A DNA stretch of 62,588 nucleotides from Euryarchaeota archaeon UBA52. GTDB taxonomy: Archaea > Thermoplasmatota > Poseidoniia > Poseidoniales > Thalassarchaeaceae. The notes beneath the pieces were generated by a model that had not been told where the DNA came from, made no database searches, and was given only the letters and a program-made list of their open reading frames with translations. Of this stretch, positions 46,428-56,294 are shown piece after piece; position 1 is the stretch's first letter; every line of letters starts with the position of its first letter. The translations under genes were made by a program, and so were the position numbers. The DNA lies in NCBI GenBank assembly GCA_002505455.1, contig DAVB01000002.1, forward strand, positions 1 through 62,588, read 5' to 3'.

Positions 46428-47435
46428 TTAAGCCAGCATTGCATCTTCTTCTAGTTCCCGTAAATATTCAGAAACCATTTCTCCGAGATCATCATGGTTC
46501 TGGGTCTTGTGTAGAGCGACTCTCATTGAAGAGGCTCCTGGTAAACCCTTAGTGAATGAGACGGCATGCCTCTTGGAATTCTTGCTTCCCTTAACGCCGT
46601 AAACTTCGGAGCAAATTTGCAGATATCGTTCCCAGCACCAACGTCTTGAAACCACTGCATCATCACTATGCCATGGAGGATTTTCACCGGTCCACCCAAG
46701 GTCTCGCTTTATCTCATGAAATATCATCGGACGCCCTATGGCGGCTCTCCCTATCATGAGTCCCGCTGCTCCGGTGGACTGCAAGCAGTCGACTGCGGTC
46801 GTTGAGTCTATTACATCCCCATTCGCAATAACCGGGATTGAAACCGAATCAACGATCTGGCGAATTGAGGACCAATCAGCTGTTCCAGAATATCTCTGTC
46901 TCAAAGTTCTGCCATGAACGCAAACACGAATCACTCCCTCGCTTTCCAATCTCCTCGATATCTCCAGAGCAGTGTCTGGCCCCGAACCCGTTCCAAGCCT
47001 CATCTTTACAGAAATGGGAATGTTGGATGCTTCTATGCAAGAGCGGACTAGGCGTACTACTCGATCGGGATCCCTCAACAGGGCAGCTCCTGCATTGTTC
47101 CTGCATACCTTGGGCGCAGGGCATCCAAAGTTAATGTCAATAACATCCGCACGGTCTTGAAGCATCCTAACTGTGGAAACCATCTCATTTTCATCGCCCC
47201 CGAATATCTGAGGTATGAATGGCTGCTCCCTTGGATGGCTCTCCATCTTCAACCATGATTTTGCTTCTTTTCTCGACAGGCCTGAAGCCGCAGTGAACTC
47301 CGTCATAGTGAAATCAGCACCACATTCGCTTGCAAGGAGCCTGTATGCCAGATCGGTGACTCCTGCCATAGGTGCGAGGAAGAGCGGCACTGGGCCTGTT
47401 GGCATACCCCACTGGCCGGAAGCGGCATATTTCAC
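46428..47435 (-). CDS. dusB: tRNA-dihydrouridine synthase (DusB-like)
   Basis: LAPMAGVTD, QIFG, DINFGCP, GAALL, VKMRLG, VHGRT, IANGD, MIGRAAIGRP. GTG 47435 overlaps the upstream TGA (GTGA). Confidence 0.92.
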   Translation of the reverse strand: MKYAASGQWGMPTGPVPLFLAPMAGVTDLAYRLLASECGADFTMTEFTAASGLSRKEAKSWLKMESHPREQPFIPQIFGGDENEMVSTVRMLQDRADVIDINFGCPAPKVCRNNAGAALLRDPDRVVRLVRSCIEASNIPISVKMRLGTGSGPDTALEISRRLESEGVIRVCVHGRTLRQRYSGTADWSSIRQIVDSVSIPVIANGDVIDSTTAVDCLQSTGAAGLMIGRAAIGRPMIFHEIKRDLGWTGENPPWHSDDAVVSRRWCWERYLQICSEVYGVKGSKNSKRHAVSFTKGLPGASSMRVALHKTQNHDDLGEMVSEYLRELEEDAMLA

Positions 47436-47809
47436 GATGACTCGACGATATGAGCTAGTTTCTCGGATATTAGCTCTGAGAGCATTTCCACGGAACCCTG
47501 ACATTCTTTCAATTCATCATCTGAAGCAATGGTTAGGAATCCGGATTCGGTCTTTGCAACTAAGATAGGAGTAATCCCGTCAGAATATGTGATCAGATCT
47601 TCTGGACGCTCATTTAGATGGACGAGATGGAAAGGTACATCGAAGTTATTCCTGAGTTTTTTCATATCAGATTTTTCCCATGCAATTTTGTGAGTTATGT
47701 CACACAGTGAGCAATGTTCGCCTCTAAATAGGGCTCCTGCAACGTATCTTATCTCTCCAATTAAACCGCCATCGGCATGATAAACGCCCCATATTGATTC
47801 TACAGACAT
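47432..47809 (-). CDS. Conserved hypothetical protein with CxxC (possibly thioredoxin-like fold)
   Basis: GVYHADGGL.GE..Y....HCSLCDITH, HLNE, TPILVA; stop overlaps the dus start. Confidence 0.7.
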   Translation of the reverse strand: MSVESIWGVYHADGGLIGEIRYVAGALFRGEHCSLCDITHKIAWEKSDMKKLRNNFDVPFHLVHLNERPEDLITYSDGITPILVAKTESGFLTIASDDELKECQGSVEMLSELISEKLAHIVESS

Positions 47810-47857
47810 GAAGTTCTGTTGCAGATGTGCCTTATTGATGGGTGTAAACAGCCATAT

Positions 47858-48475
47858 CTAGAATGTCGATTCCCAGTCATCAACGTCTTGTGAGCGCTCC
47901 CAATCCGCATAAGTGGCTTCACCACGTTGAACGAGCGTTTCTCTAGCAAGGAGCCAGTATACCAATGAGAGTGACCTTCGACCCTTGTTATTTGCTGGTA
48001 GAGCGAGATCGACATTTCTGAGTGTGTTGTTTGCGTCACATATTCCAATCACAGGTATTCCGGAGCTGATTGCCTCATTGAGTGCCTGTGAATCGGCAGA
48101 TGGATCGGTGACCATCAGAACCTCAGGCTCGATATATGAGCTAAGCCTTGGATTAGTAAGTGTTCCAGGAATGAACCTACCGACTATCCTCTTGGCCCCT
48201 ATGGCTTGGGCAAATTTTCGAGCAGGGCGCTGTCCGTACTGACGTGCACTGACCACGAGTACTCTAGAAGGATCATACCTATTGAGGAATGACGCTACTA
48301 CGCGTATGCGTTCATCGGTCTTCTCTATGTCGATCAAATGGAGGCCTGTGCCGTCTTGTCTGTCTGAATCTAGGAAGCGATTCATATCAGCAGACTTCTG
48401 ATTTGTACCTATGTGGACTGCATGAGTTCTGTACATGTCGAAGGGTACGAGCGGGGCTACTTGTTCCGTCATCAT
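47858..48475 (-). CDS. rps2: 30S ribosomal protein S2 (archaeal uS2)
   Basis: VHIGTNQK, VSARQYGQRPARKFA, GRFIPGTLTNP, EPEVLMVTDP, IPVIGICD, PANNKGRRSL..VYWLLARE. Confidence 0.97.
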   Translation of the reverse strand: MMTEQVAPLVPFDMYRTHAVHIGTNQKSADMNRFLDSDRQDGTGLHLIDIEKTDERIRVVASFLNRYDPSRVLVVSARQYGQRPARKFAQAIGAKRIVGRFIPGTLTNPRLSSYIEPEVLMVTDPSADSQALNEAISSGIPVIGICDANNTLRNVDLALPANNKGRRSLSLVYWLLARETLVQRGEATYADWERSQDVDDWESTF

Positions 48476-48549
48476 GATGCCTCGGCAACGCGGCCACCTA
48501 ACGGGCGTTCATAAGCGCTCCGTAGACGTATGAGGGAAGAGTTGTACGA

Positions 48550-49158
48550 TTAATCCAATTCTGACTGGAAAGTGCAATCGTCAGACTCATGAATTTCAGC
48601 GAACCTGATACATGGCTTTGTGATGGTTACGAATACGTCAAAATGGTCCTTGGCAGTGAGTTGTTCTATGCCAGGCTCCCATCCATATCCTCTTGCATCC
48701 ACTTCTAAGGTCCATATCCCCTCGCTGAATTCCATGCCAGAATAGTCCCACCTCTCAAGTGGATGGTCCTGAGTTACACGTATCTTCCAGAAGGGGTCAC
48801 CGCCTGCTGATTTTGATCCTGGGGCCCATAGTTTTGCATCGACATATCGAATTAGGTTTGTCTCATTCCCGATAAGACTCTCGAATGTCTCGGAAAGAGG
48901 CATCTGGGCACGGAAAGATATGGACATACTCTGCACACTAGGATCTATCTCCATGGTGCTTTCATTGTAATAGTCGGTTGAGTCGAACCCTGTTGATGTG
49001 AATGTGTGGTCGAAACCGATTGATTCTTCTCGAAGTATTGTCTCAGGCGGTTCTCGCATGTCTTCCATGATTTCACGTTGAAGCACTAATCCAAGACATC
49101 CGGAGAATACTCCTGCTGCTAGGATGAGGGTCGTCATCGCCATTGCGGAGGCGCGCAT
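48550..49158 (-). CDS. Putative lipoprotein, unknown function
   Basis: Signal peptide ending in a lipobox (LILAAGVFSGC); beta-rich mature part. Confidence 0.7.
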   Translation of the reverse strand: MRASAMAMTTLILAAGVFSGCLGLVLQREIMEDMREPPETILREESIGFDHTFTSTGFDSTDYYNESTMEIDPSVQSMSISFRAQMPLSETFESLIGNETNLIRYVDAKLWAPGSKSAGGDPFWKIRVTQDHPLERWDYSGMEFSEGIWTLEVDARGYGWEPGIEQLTAKDHFDVFVTITKPCIRFAEIHESDDCTFQSELD

Positions 49159-49253
49159 CGAAGATTGAGAGTACTCGATTTGATTTCAACGGAGCGGTCA
49201 TTTGGAAGTTTTGCTTCCATTCCAAGCATTGAATTGTGTCAGCCGATAGGAAG

Positions 49254-49306
49254 GGGCGCCTCGATGACGACAAGAGGGTCAACTGAGCTCCGGCTTTGAC
49301 GTGCCC
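49254..49306 (+). ncRNA. Candidate structured RNA element (three-way junction with UNCG tetraloop) in a 171-bp intergenic gap
   Basis: Pairings found by eye: GGGCGC/GTGCCC, CTC/GAG, GTCAA/TTGAC, and AGC(TCCG)GCT. Confidence 0.25.
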
Positions 49307-49329
49307 TGTGAGTACCGAGAGGCGAATGA

Positions 49330-49869
49330 CTACTTTTTTCGAGATCTGGTTGACTTTAGAGTTGCGTTACTGTAGAAAACAAGGACACTGATCAACAAAA
49401 CGAACAGCACCAACCCATATGATGTGATGTGAAATCGTTCTTTACTTGATTCTGAGTTTTCCAGTTCTATTTCTCCATTTTCATCTTGCGTTTCGTTCAT
49501 TGGTTGGACGGTTATTTCTCCAATCATTCCAAGCTGCTCATGTGGTTCGCAAACGAATTCATAAGTGCCATTCATGCCTATCTCGAACACGAATCTGTAG
49601 TCTACGTTTCTGGATGGATCGCCGCTATCAAATGTGCCTTCTGTGGATACTGCATTGTGAGGCAATAATTCTCCTGACCAGAAGAATCGGACCGCTTGGC
49701 CTTCCGTGATTGTGACTTCTGAAGGGCTAAACTGCAAATTTGTGCTATCGACCGTGATTATTACATCGTCCTCTTGAGCGATTACAGGTGTACTGGCTAG
49801 CAGTACTCCGAGCGCGGCTATCGGGATTAGATGGTAGTATCTCACGACTTCAAGCAGTGGCACTATCAC
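49330..49869 (-). CDS. Membrane-anchored blue copper protein (plastocyanin/halocyanin-like cupredoxin)
   Basis: Type-1 Cu ligands HNAV and CEPHEQLGM; N-terminal signal, C-terminal TM with basic tail. Confidence 0.88.
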   Translation of the reverse strand: MIVPLLEVVRYYHLIPIAALGVLLASTPVIAQEDDVIITVDSTNLQFSPSEVTITEGQAVRFFWSGELLPHNAVSTEGTFDSGDPSRNVDYRFVFEIGMNGTYEFVCEPHEQLGMIGEITVQPMNETQDENGEIELENSESSKERFHITSYGLVLFVLLISVLVFYSNATLKSTRSRKK

Positions 49870-49880
49870 TTAATTTGATG

Positions 49881-50576
49881 TTATTCTTCTTCATCGACCT
49901 TTCTTGGTTCGTGTACTTCACGGAATACCACTACTCCGACGCCGAGATGCTCTCTAAGGGTCCTGACCAAGCTAAACTTGGCATATGGCCAGTTCTGGTC
50001 ATATGCAATTGACTCGGGCAGAGTAATTGTTACATCATCTTTCTCGAATTTGACCTCGAAGTCGTCTCTACCAGTATTCATCTCAAGTAAAGTCTGAACT
50101 CTTGCCTTCTTCTGCTTCACGACTTTTACGATTGAATACGTGTATCGCAACTTGACTCCCGCGAGAGGATGGTTGTAGTCAATTCGTGCGCGGCCGGCAC
50201 GAGCCATCTGTAGAACCCCGGATCTTCCGTTGATTTCGACCTGTGAACCTATGGCCAGAGTATCTGGGTCTCGGACGCTTCGCATCAAGACATTCATTCC
50301 AACCGTCTCAACAAGGTTACCATCACGGTCGCCATAAGCATCCTCTGGTTCAATATCGAAGGTGTACTCTTCCTTCTCCTTCGCACTCTCGAGATGCTCT
50401 TCAAAGCCTTTGATGAGTCTGCCATCTCCAATGACAGTGATCATTGGTTTGTACGTTCGGCGCTCATCGTGTATTTCATGCTCCTTGGCAACATCTTCTC
50501 TTGTGGTCTCTAGTAGCGATTCAGTATCTGCATTGTATAGATCGTAATCGATGTGAACGATGGTCCCCTTCTTCAT
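49881..50576 (-). CDS. slyD: Long-type FKBP peptidyl-prolyl isomerase (SlyD-like, archaeal)
   Basis: VHIDY, IGDGRLIKGFEE, PEDAYG, IDYNHPLAG. ATG 50576 follows GGAGG. Confidence 0.9.
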   Translation of the reverse strand: MKKGTIVHIDYDLYNADTESLLETTREDVAKEHEIHDERRTYKPMITVIGDGRLIKGFEEHLESAKEKEEYTFDIEPEDAYGDRDGNLVETVGMNVLMRSVRDPDTLAIGSQVEINGRSGVLQMARAGRARIDYNHPLAGVKLRYTYSIVKVVKQKKARVQTLLEMNTGRDDFEVKFEKDDVTITLPESIAYDQNWPYAKFSLVRTLREHLGVGVVVFREVHEPRKVDEEE

Positions 50577-50621
50577 CCTAGGTCCTCCAGTGGGCCCGGC
50601 GACCTGCTGGCCCCTTTTCAT

Positions 50622-52982
50622 TCAGTCGGTTGATGGGGTCCGCCTAGAATCGTGGCTTGATAGGGCTAGAGAGCCTCCGACAAGCAGTAAAATCCAACCA
50701 ACCCAGACCATATGGCTGCCGTGTAGGTCGTATACAGTGACGCCCACTCGATCAATATCTTCAATCTCCCCGAACATTAACTCATTTAATGCTCGACTAG
50801 CCTGGGCAACATCAAGTATGAACATCAAATCTCCATGAATCTGGAAGATCCGATCAACTTCAGATCTTGTGAGGATCTCGCCGGATGGAGTGTCGAATCG
50901 TAATATTCCGGGCCTTGCTGTCTCGACATAATTGCCATCCATATCATGAATCTCGATCTGGAACTCCACGAATCCATTGGCAATTGAGTATTCGTATGCT
51001 GAATCCTCAGAATCTATCGCGTTTACCTCTGTGAATGTAAGAGTGTAACCTGCATGCTCGACAGGTTGGTCCCTAACTAGAGTTACCAGATGAGAAGGGT
51101 CTGTTCTATCGACAAGGGTGGTCGTAAGGACATGTCCAAGAAGCAAAAACAGTATGCCTACGTGCGCGATGCTAGAGCCTACTTTACGCCGATCCAGGAG
51201 ACTCCACCTGGCAGGATACAAACGCTCACTGGAAGAAATAGATGTACGTACTGACTTCCACATCTCAATCAAAGTAGGAGGCAATGCGACAACCAAGCAG
51301 GCTAGAATAGTGCCAGCAACTTGTCCCCTTGTAAGGCTCTCAGTGAAATTCCGATCAGGGTCTCCCGGAAGATTGAGGCCGTTTGACATAGCGCCTATCG
51401 CCAGCGAGATTGCTAGAGTGCCAATTACCGCGAATATGCCCACTCTGCCGTCATTGCCCTTACCCCAGGAATATACTGTGAGTGAAAGTGCAAGAATGAT
51501 TAGAATTGGGGCTCCAAATATCTCATGTGCCTCGAGACTTGTCCCATCTATTTCTGCTGTGAGCAGCATCCAAGTTAAACCAAGATATGCTATTGCACCA
51601 AACCAGGGAGATGCTCTGGAAACCCGATTTTGATTCCTAGGGTCGAAAATTGGTTCTAGCAGAGATTCAGATTCATCGTCAGGAGGCGTCAAAACCCACG
51701 GAACTAGAAAAATAGCCATCCCGGAGACTGCCAGCGGGAGGGACGCTGCCCATGACCAACTTGCAAACAGGTACAATGCGACACCAGAAAAAATCCATAC
51801 CGTTGAAATTTCTTCTGAGTCACCCTCCACAATTAGAGTCATCAAAGCAAGACCGACTACCAAAACAAGTGTTGATCCGGTCAATATTCCGACAATCAAC
51901 GTGGCAAGAATCAGACTGGCCGCCAATAAAGGAGAGGCGTCTCTCATTGAAGCCCTACCCATCTTCTGAAGCATCTTCGATTGCACTTTGAGGAGATGAT
52001 TCATCAAAGCTAATCCAAGAACTATGATTATGATCAGGTATGTTATGACCTCCACGCCAGCAGCACCCTCGCTTGCCAAGGAAATTATCCTCAGATATGG
52101 GTCTGAAGATTCTGACCCTGCACCGTCTGCTGCGAAAGAATGCACCGAGGACCAAACGCCGTTCGCGCGTGTGACAAGCGTAGAGTGCATTGCAAGCGCA
52201 CCGACGCCAATCATAACCGCAGGACTGGCTTTACGTGCCTTCACAGAAGCCTGACTTCGAGCATGAAGAACAGCAATCAGGCATACCCAAGGCAGGAAAG
52301 ATGCTGTTTCAACAGGGTCCCATGCCCAATAGCCTCCCCAATCGAGTACAGTATATGCCCACAACCCTCCAAGACCGATGCCGGCAGTTCCAACCACGAA
52401 TGCGGCCCTAGCCCAAGGCAGGATTTCGTCATGCAGGGAGATCTCATCACGATCTTCCAATAATCCTGAAACAGATATGATTGCAGGGATCAAGCACAAG
52501 GTGTAGAATGCAAAGATGACTGGAGGGTGTATTACCATCAAATCAGTCTGAAGTAGTGGATTGAGATAGTTGTTGAAACCTGAGGAGGGGGCAAATGGGT
52601 CCAGGAGGACGGAAATTGAAAGTAGGATGCCGTTTAGACCGACGACCATTCTCAAGGAATTTTGTCCGTTTGGACTTGTTTTGGAAAGAGCCACTGAGCC
52701 TATGGCCAACCATGTGCACCACATCAAAAGCGGGCCGGAACGTCCGCCCCATACTGCAGATATTCTGTAGAGGAGGGGGAGATCGTCACCGCCCAGTCTC
52801 GATACTAGATCGAGAGAGTCCCAATTCGCTATGAATGCAATTATTATCAGAGTGAATGGCATTGACTGGATGGCGGCCAGAATCGACAAAGGCAGACGTC
52901 TGGATATCTTCGATGATGATGCCCACATCAGCGATATTATTGACGCTGTCAGAAGTATCAAACGCCCGGATAGAGGAAGCAC
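50622..52982 (-). CDS. ccmF: Cytochrome c biogenesis protein CcmF
   Basis: LNPLLQ...IHPP, WWD motif WGGYWAWDPVETASFLPW, LH, SVHSFA, AHVG; many TM helices. Confidence 0.9.
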   Translation of the reverse strand: MLPLSGRLILLTASIISLMWASSSKISRRLPLSILAAIQSMPFTLIIIAFIANWDSLDLVSRLGGDDLPLLYRISAVWGGRSGPLLMWCTWLAIGSVALSKTSPNGQNSLRMVVGLNGILLSISVLLDPFAPSSGFNNYLNPLLQTDLMVIHPPVIFAFYTLCLIPAIISVSGLLEDRDEISLHDEILPWARAAFVVGTAGIGLGGLWAYTVLDWGGYWAWDPVETASFLPWVCLIAVLHARSQASVKARKASPAVMIGVGALAMHSTLVTRANGVWSSVHSFAADGAGSESSDPYLRIISLASEGAAGVEVITYLIIIIVLGLALMNHLLKVQSKMLQKMGRASMRDASPLLAASLILATLIVGILTGSTLVLVVGLALMTLIVEGDSEEISTVWIFSGVALYLFASWSWAASLPLAVSGMAIFLVPWVLTPPDDESESLLEPIFDPRNQNRVSRASPWFGAIAYLGLTWMLLTAEIDGTSLEAHEIFGAPILIILALSLTVYSWGKGNDGRVGIFAVIGTLAISLAIGAMSNGLNLPGDPDRNFTESLTRGQVAGTILACLVVALPPTLIEMWKSVRTSISSSERLYPARWSLLDRRKVGSSIAHVGILFLLLGHVLTTTLVDRTDPSHLVTLVRDQPVEHAGYTLTFTEVNAIDSEDSAYEYSIANGFVEFQIEIHDMDGNYVETARPGILRFDTPSGEILTRSEVDRIFQIHGDLMFILDVAQASRALNELMFGEIEDIDRVGVTVYDLHGSHMVWVGWILLLVGGSLALSSHDSRRTPSTD

Positions 52983-52986
52983 GTGC

Positions 52987-54231
52987 TTACCATCCGTAGT
53001 ACTTAGCCCTGCTATATCCGAAAGCGAGCATCGCAGATACTATTCTCTTGGAATACAGAGATGGCCTCCTAAATAGTACGCGTAGTCCGACCATCGCCTT
53101 TCCCGAAGCGCCCATGTCGGACATCTCATCGGGGAAACAAGTGGCCATCACAGACATCTCCTCATCGGTCAATTGGAAAAGTGCATTTTTACCTCTCAGA
53201 ATTTTATGGTATGGAGGGAACTCTGCCTTCCAAGAGCGGGTATAGGCAGACATCATTTCGGAGCTCAGATCCGACTGAGATATCGCCATCGCAGCGGTTT
53301 GAGCTGCAAAAACAGCAGATTTCAGAGCAAGATGCGAGCCGCCTTCGAATAGAGGTGAAGTGAATCCAGCAGCATCACCGACAAGCATCAGACCATCATA
53401 ATGTGTGTTTTCGAATGGGCCTGAGATAGGTATGGTACCGCCAAAGGCAGGATTTCCTTTCTCTTTCCAAGAAGGTAGTTTTTGTTCAAGGCCCCTGAAA
53501 TGTGTATCTTCGATGAATTCGTCCAAAGCCTTCTTCGCTCTCGGCCTGTCTTCGGTTACGAGGCCGACATTAGCTCTTCCATCACATTTTGGAATCATCC
53601 AAAGGTATCCTTTCTCAGCGTATTTCGGCCATATATAGAAATCCAGATACCCATCTGTAGGGACGTTTGTTAGCTCGTACTGCATGCCGGCAACGACTTT
53701 TCCTTTATCGTTCAAAGGATTACTCCCATCGGGTTTGATGAATCTTGAACATACAGCAGACACCCCTGACGCGTCAATTACTATCTTGGCCGATATCGGG
53801 AATCTGTCCCCCTTGCCATCGCATCTCCATCCCTTGAATTCGCCATCTTGCTCGATTCTCTCCATGGACGTGAGTTTGTGCTTTAAGACGAGTTCTGCGC
53901 CTTCTTTAACAGCAGATTCTGCGATCCATCGCTCGAAGAGATGCTTCTCCAATACATAGCCGGTCTCAGTGAGTTGTTTCTCAGTTCCGTCGGGAAAAAT
54001 CACTCTTATCCCATTGACCCTCTTGCTGATCACTTCTTCGGGCAATTGAAGATTCAGATTAGCCACGGCTTCATCGGAAATGCACTCTCCACAGTGAACC
54101 GGAGTTCCTATCTCGGAGTGATCTTCGATAATGAGGGTACTGAGGCCTTTCCTCGCACATTGAAGTGCTGCATTTCCGCCTCCAGGGCCTGCGCCCACGA
54201 CCAATACGTCAACGTCGATGCCGTCCGACAC
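52987..54231 (-). CDS. Geranylgeranyl reductase family FAD-dependent oxidoreductase
   Basis: VLVVGAGPGG, PVHCGE, IDASG, GYLWMIP, LVGDAAG...PLFEGG. Start moved to GTG 54231. Confidence 0.88.
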   Translation of the reverse strand: MSDGIDVDVLVVGAGPGGGNAALQCARKGLSTLIIEDHSEIGTPVHCGECISDEAVANLNLQLPEEVISKRVNGIRVIFPDGTEKQLTETGYVLEKHLFERWIAESAVKEGAELVLKHKLTSMERIEQDGEFKGWRCDGKGDRFPISAKIVIDASGVSAVCSRFIKPDGSNPLNDKGKVVAGMQYELTNVPTDGYLDFYIWPKYAEKGYLWMIPKCDGRANVGLVTEDRPRAKKALDEFIEDTHFRGLEQKLPSWKEKGNPAFGGTIPISGPFENTHYDGLMLVGDAAGFTSPLFEGGSHLALKSAVFAAQTAAMAISQSDLSSEMMSAYTRSWKAEFPPYHKILRGKNALFQLTDEEMSVMATCFPDEMSDMGASGKAMVGLRVLFRRPSLYSKRIVSAMLAFGYSRAKYYGW

Positions 54232-54319
54232 ATGTCTTGGAGTAGACGATGTGAAAAGAATCCAACGGTTATGTGGGAGAAAAGCGAACCTTCTCAACGG
54301 GGAGTCGCGAGTGTGGGTC

Positions 54320-56281
54320 GTGGCATGGACGAGTCTGGGTCGATACATCGACTCGCTAGAGCGTGATGGCGAGCTGCTTCGGATCACCAGGGAAGTGGAT
54401 GTTGAGCTTGAAGCAGGTACCATTGCAGATCTACTCGTAAAGACCGGGGGGCCTGCGGTGATATTCGAGAAACCGAGGCTCCCTGATGGAACAATCTCAG
54501 ATATTCCACTTGCTATGAACATATTTGGGAGTCACTCTAGAACCATGAAAGCACTCGGGGCAAAGGGCAAGGATGAGATTGGGAATCGGCTGGTTTCCCT
54601 AATGAAACCCGACATAGGTGCTTATCTGAAAGCTCCATGGAAAGGCATACCTCTGCTGAGGGATGCACTCGCATTACCCCCGATGGTTGTAAGAAGAGCG
54701 GCATCTCAACAAATCGTCGATCTTAACCCAGATGTTACGCGTCTCCCAATACCCAAATGCTGGCCCATGGACGGGGGGCGTTACATCACTCTGCCTCTTG
54801 TGATAACTCGAGATCCTCAAACTCAGGAGCATAATATGGGGATGTACAGGGGCCAGGTGCATGGGCCAAGAGAAATTGGGCTTCATTGGCAAGTTCACAA
54901 GCATGGCGCTGATCACGCAGCTGGGCATCCTGATGGGAAGATGCCCGTCGCGATATGTATTGGAGGTCCGCCTGAGTTGATTTTCTCTGCTATAGCCCCC
55001 CTTCCCGACAATCTTGATGAGTATATGTTTGCGGGTTTCCTCGGTCGTAGACGTCTGCGAATAACAAAGGCCAAAACTCAGAATTTACTAATTCCAGCAG
55101 AGGCAGACATCGTCATAGAAGGTTGGACGGATCCTAATGAGACAAAGATTGAGGGCCCCTTCGGCGATCACTATGGTTTCTACTCGCTGCCGGGCAATTA
55201 CCCTGTCCTCCATGTAACAGCAATTACTCATAGGAGGAATGCAGTTCTTCCTGCCACAATAGTCGGTCAGCCGCCCATGGAAGATGGTTACCTCGGCGAG
55301 GCCGTTGGTGCTCAGCTGACACCGGTACTGAGATTTCAACACAGAGATCTCCGTTCGCTATATCTGCCTCTAGAGACTGGTTTCCACAATCTTGCTATCG
55401 TTTCATCCAAACAGCGATACCCAAGACAGGGTCGAAAGACTGCACTAGGCCTCCTTGGAGCAGGTCAAATGATGCTGATGAAGACCGTAATGGTCATTGA
55501 CGAACATGAAGACCCTCATGATCTGGAGGTATTCCTTGACGCATTGAATAACAGGGTGAACCCCTCTGAAGATGTCATCGTGATTGAGGGCCTACCAGGA
55601 GACTCGCTTGATCCTGCGAATCCTTTCGAGAATATACAATCAAAGATTCTGGTAGATGCGACGTCGATTCCTTCCAACGATCCAAGAAATGGTGAAAAAA
55701 CGCCTCTCGGCTCTCCTGTGATGCGGTCCCCTGAATGGAGAGTGACGGGTATTGACGCTCCAGGCGTTCCCGATGGTTTTGATCGATTGGTAGTGAAAGA
55801 GGGCATTGCGGTTCAGGCCCGCCTACTTCGGAACTCTATGCTTGTCGTTACCGTAGAAATAGAAGGAGGGCCCGGACCTAGAGAAGGTATGGAAGACCCT
55901 GATGAAGGGCTTGCACTACTTCAGAGAGAGAAAGTACGAAAAGTTGCAGAAGAGATATGGGGCATGCAAGGTGCTGAGGATCTTCGTTGGCTCTTCATCA
56001 CCGACGATGACCTGGACCTGCATGATAGTGGTGCCAAACGTAGGCTTCTTTGGCAGTTATTCGCACGTTTTGACGTTGATAGGGGCCTGCTTTGGGACAA
56101 GGATAGAGGGAGAATCGCATGGGATGCAACTGCACCTATCCCGTCTACGGGTGGTCCAATTCCCGCTCGTCGGTGGCCTGCTGTAACGCTTCACGATCCT
56201 GAAATTCTTGAGCGAGTGAACAAACATGCAGAAGAAGATGGTCTTCTCAAATGGAAATGGCCCTCGAACGTACTGATGTAG
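54320..56281 (+). CDS. ubiD: UbiD family (prFMN) decarboxylase, long MqnL-like form (653 aa)
   Basis: GPAVIFE, GRYITLPLV, NMGMYR, GLHWQ.HKHGA, EGPFGDHYGFY, GQPPMED, LLGAGQM; C-terminal extension. Start moved to GTG 54320. Confidence 0.9.
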   Translation: MAWTSLGRYIDSLERDGELLRITREVDVELEAGTIADLLVKTGGPAVIFEKPRLPDGTISDIPLAMNIFGSHSRTMKALGAKGKDEIGNRLVSLMKPDIGAYLKAPWKGIPLLRDALALPPMVVRRAASQQIVDLNPDVTRLPIPKCWPMDGGRYITLPLVITRDPQTQEHNMGMYRGQVHGPREIGLHWQVHKHGADHAAGHPDGKMPVAICIGGPPELIFSAIAPLPDNLDEYMFAGFLGRRRLRITKAKTQNLLIPAEADIVIEGWTDPNETKIEGPFGDHYGFYSLPGNYPVLHVTAITHRRNAVLPATIVGQPPMEDGYLGEAVGAQLTPVLRFQHRDLRSLYLPLETGFHNLAIVSSKQRYPRQGRKTALGLLGAGQMMLMKTVMVIDEHEDPHDLEVFLDALNNRVNPSEDVIVIEGLPGDSLDPANPFENIQSKILVDATSIPSNDPRNGEKTPLGSPVMRSPEWRVTGIDAPGVPDGFDRLVVKEGIAVQARLLRNSMLVVTVEIEGGPGPREGMEDPDEGLALLQREKVRKVAEEIWGMQGAEDLRWLFITDDDLDLHDSGAKRRLLWQLFARFDVDRGLLWDKDRGRIAWDATAPIPSTGGPIPARRWPAVTLHDPEILERVNKHAEEDGLLKWKWPSNVLM

Positions 56282-56294
56282 ATGGTGACCTCTC

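Noticed and set aside
48495-48525. Imperfect hairpin upstream of rps2, as a possible autoregulatory leader
   Set aside because: It needs two bulges and overlaps the likely TATA box, so it probably lies upstream of the transcription start.
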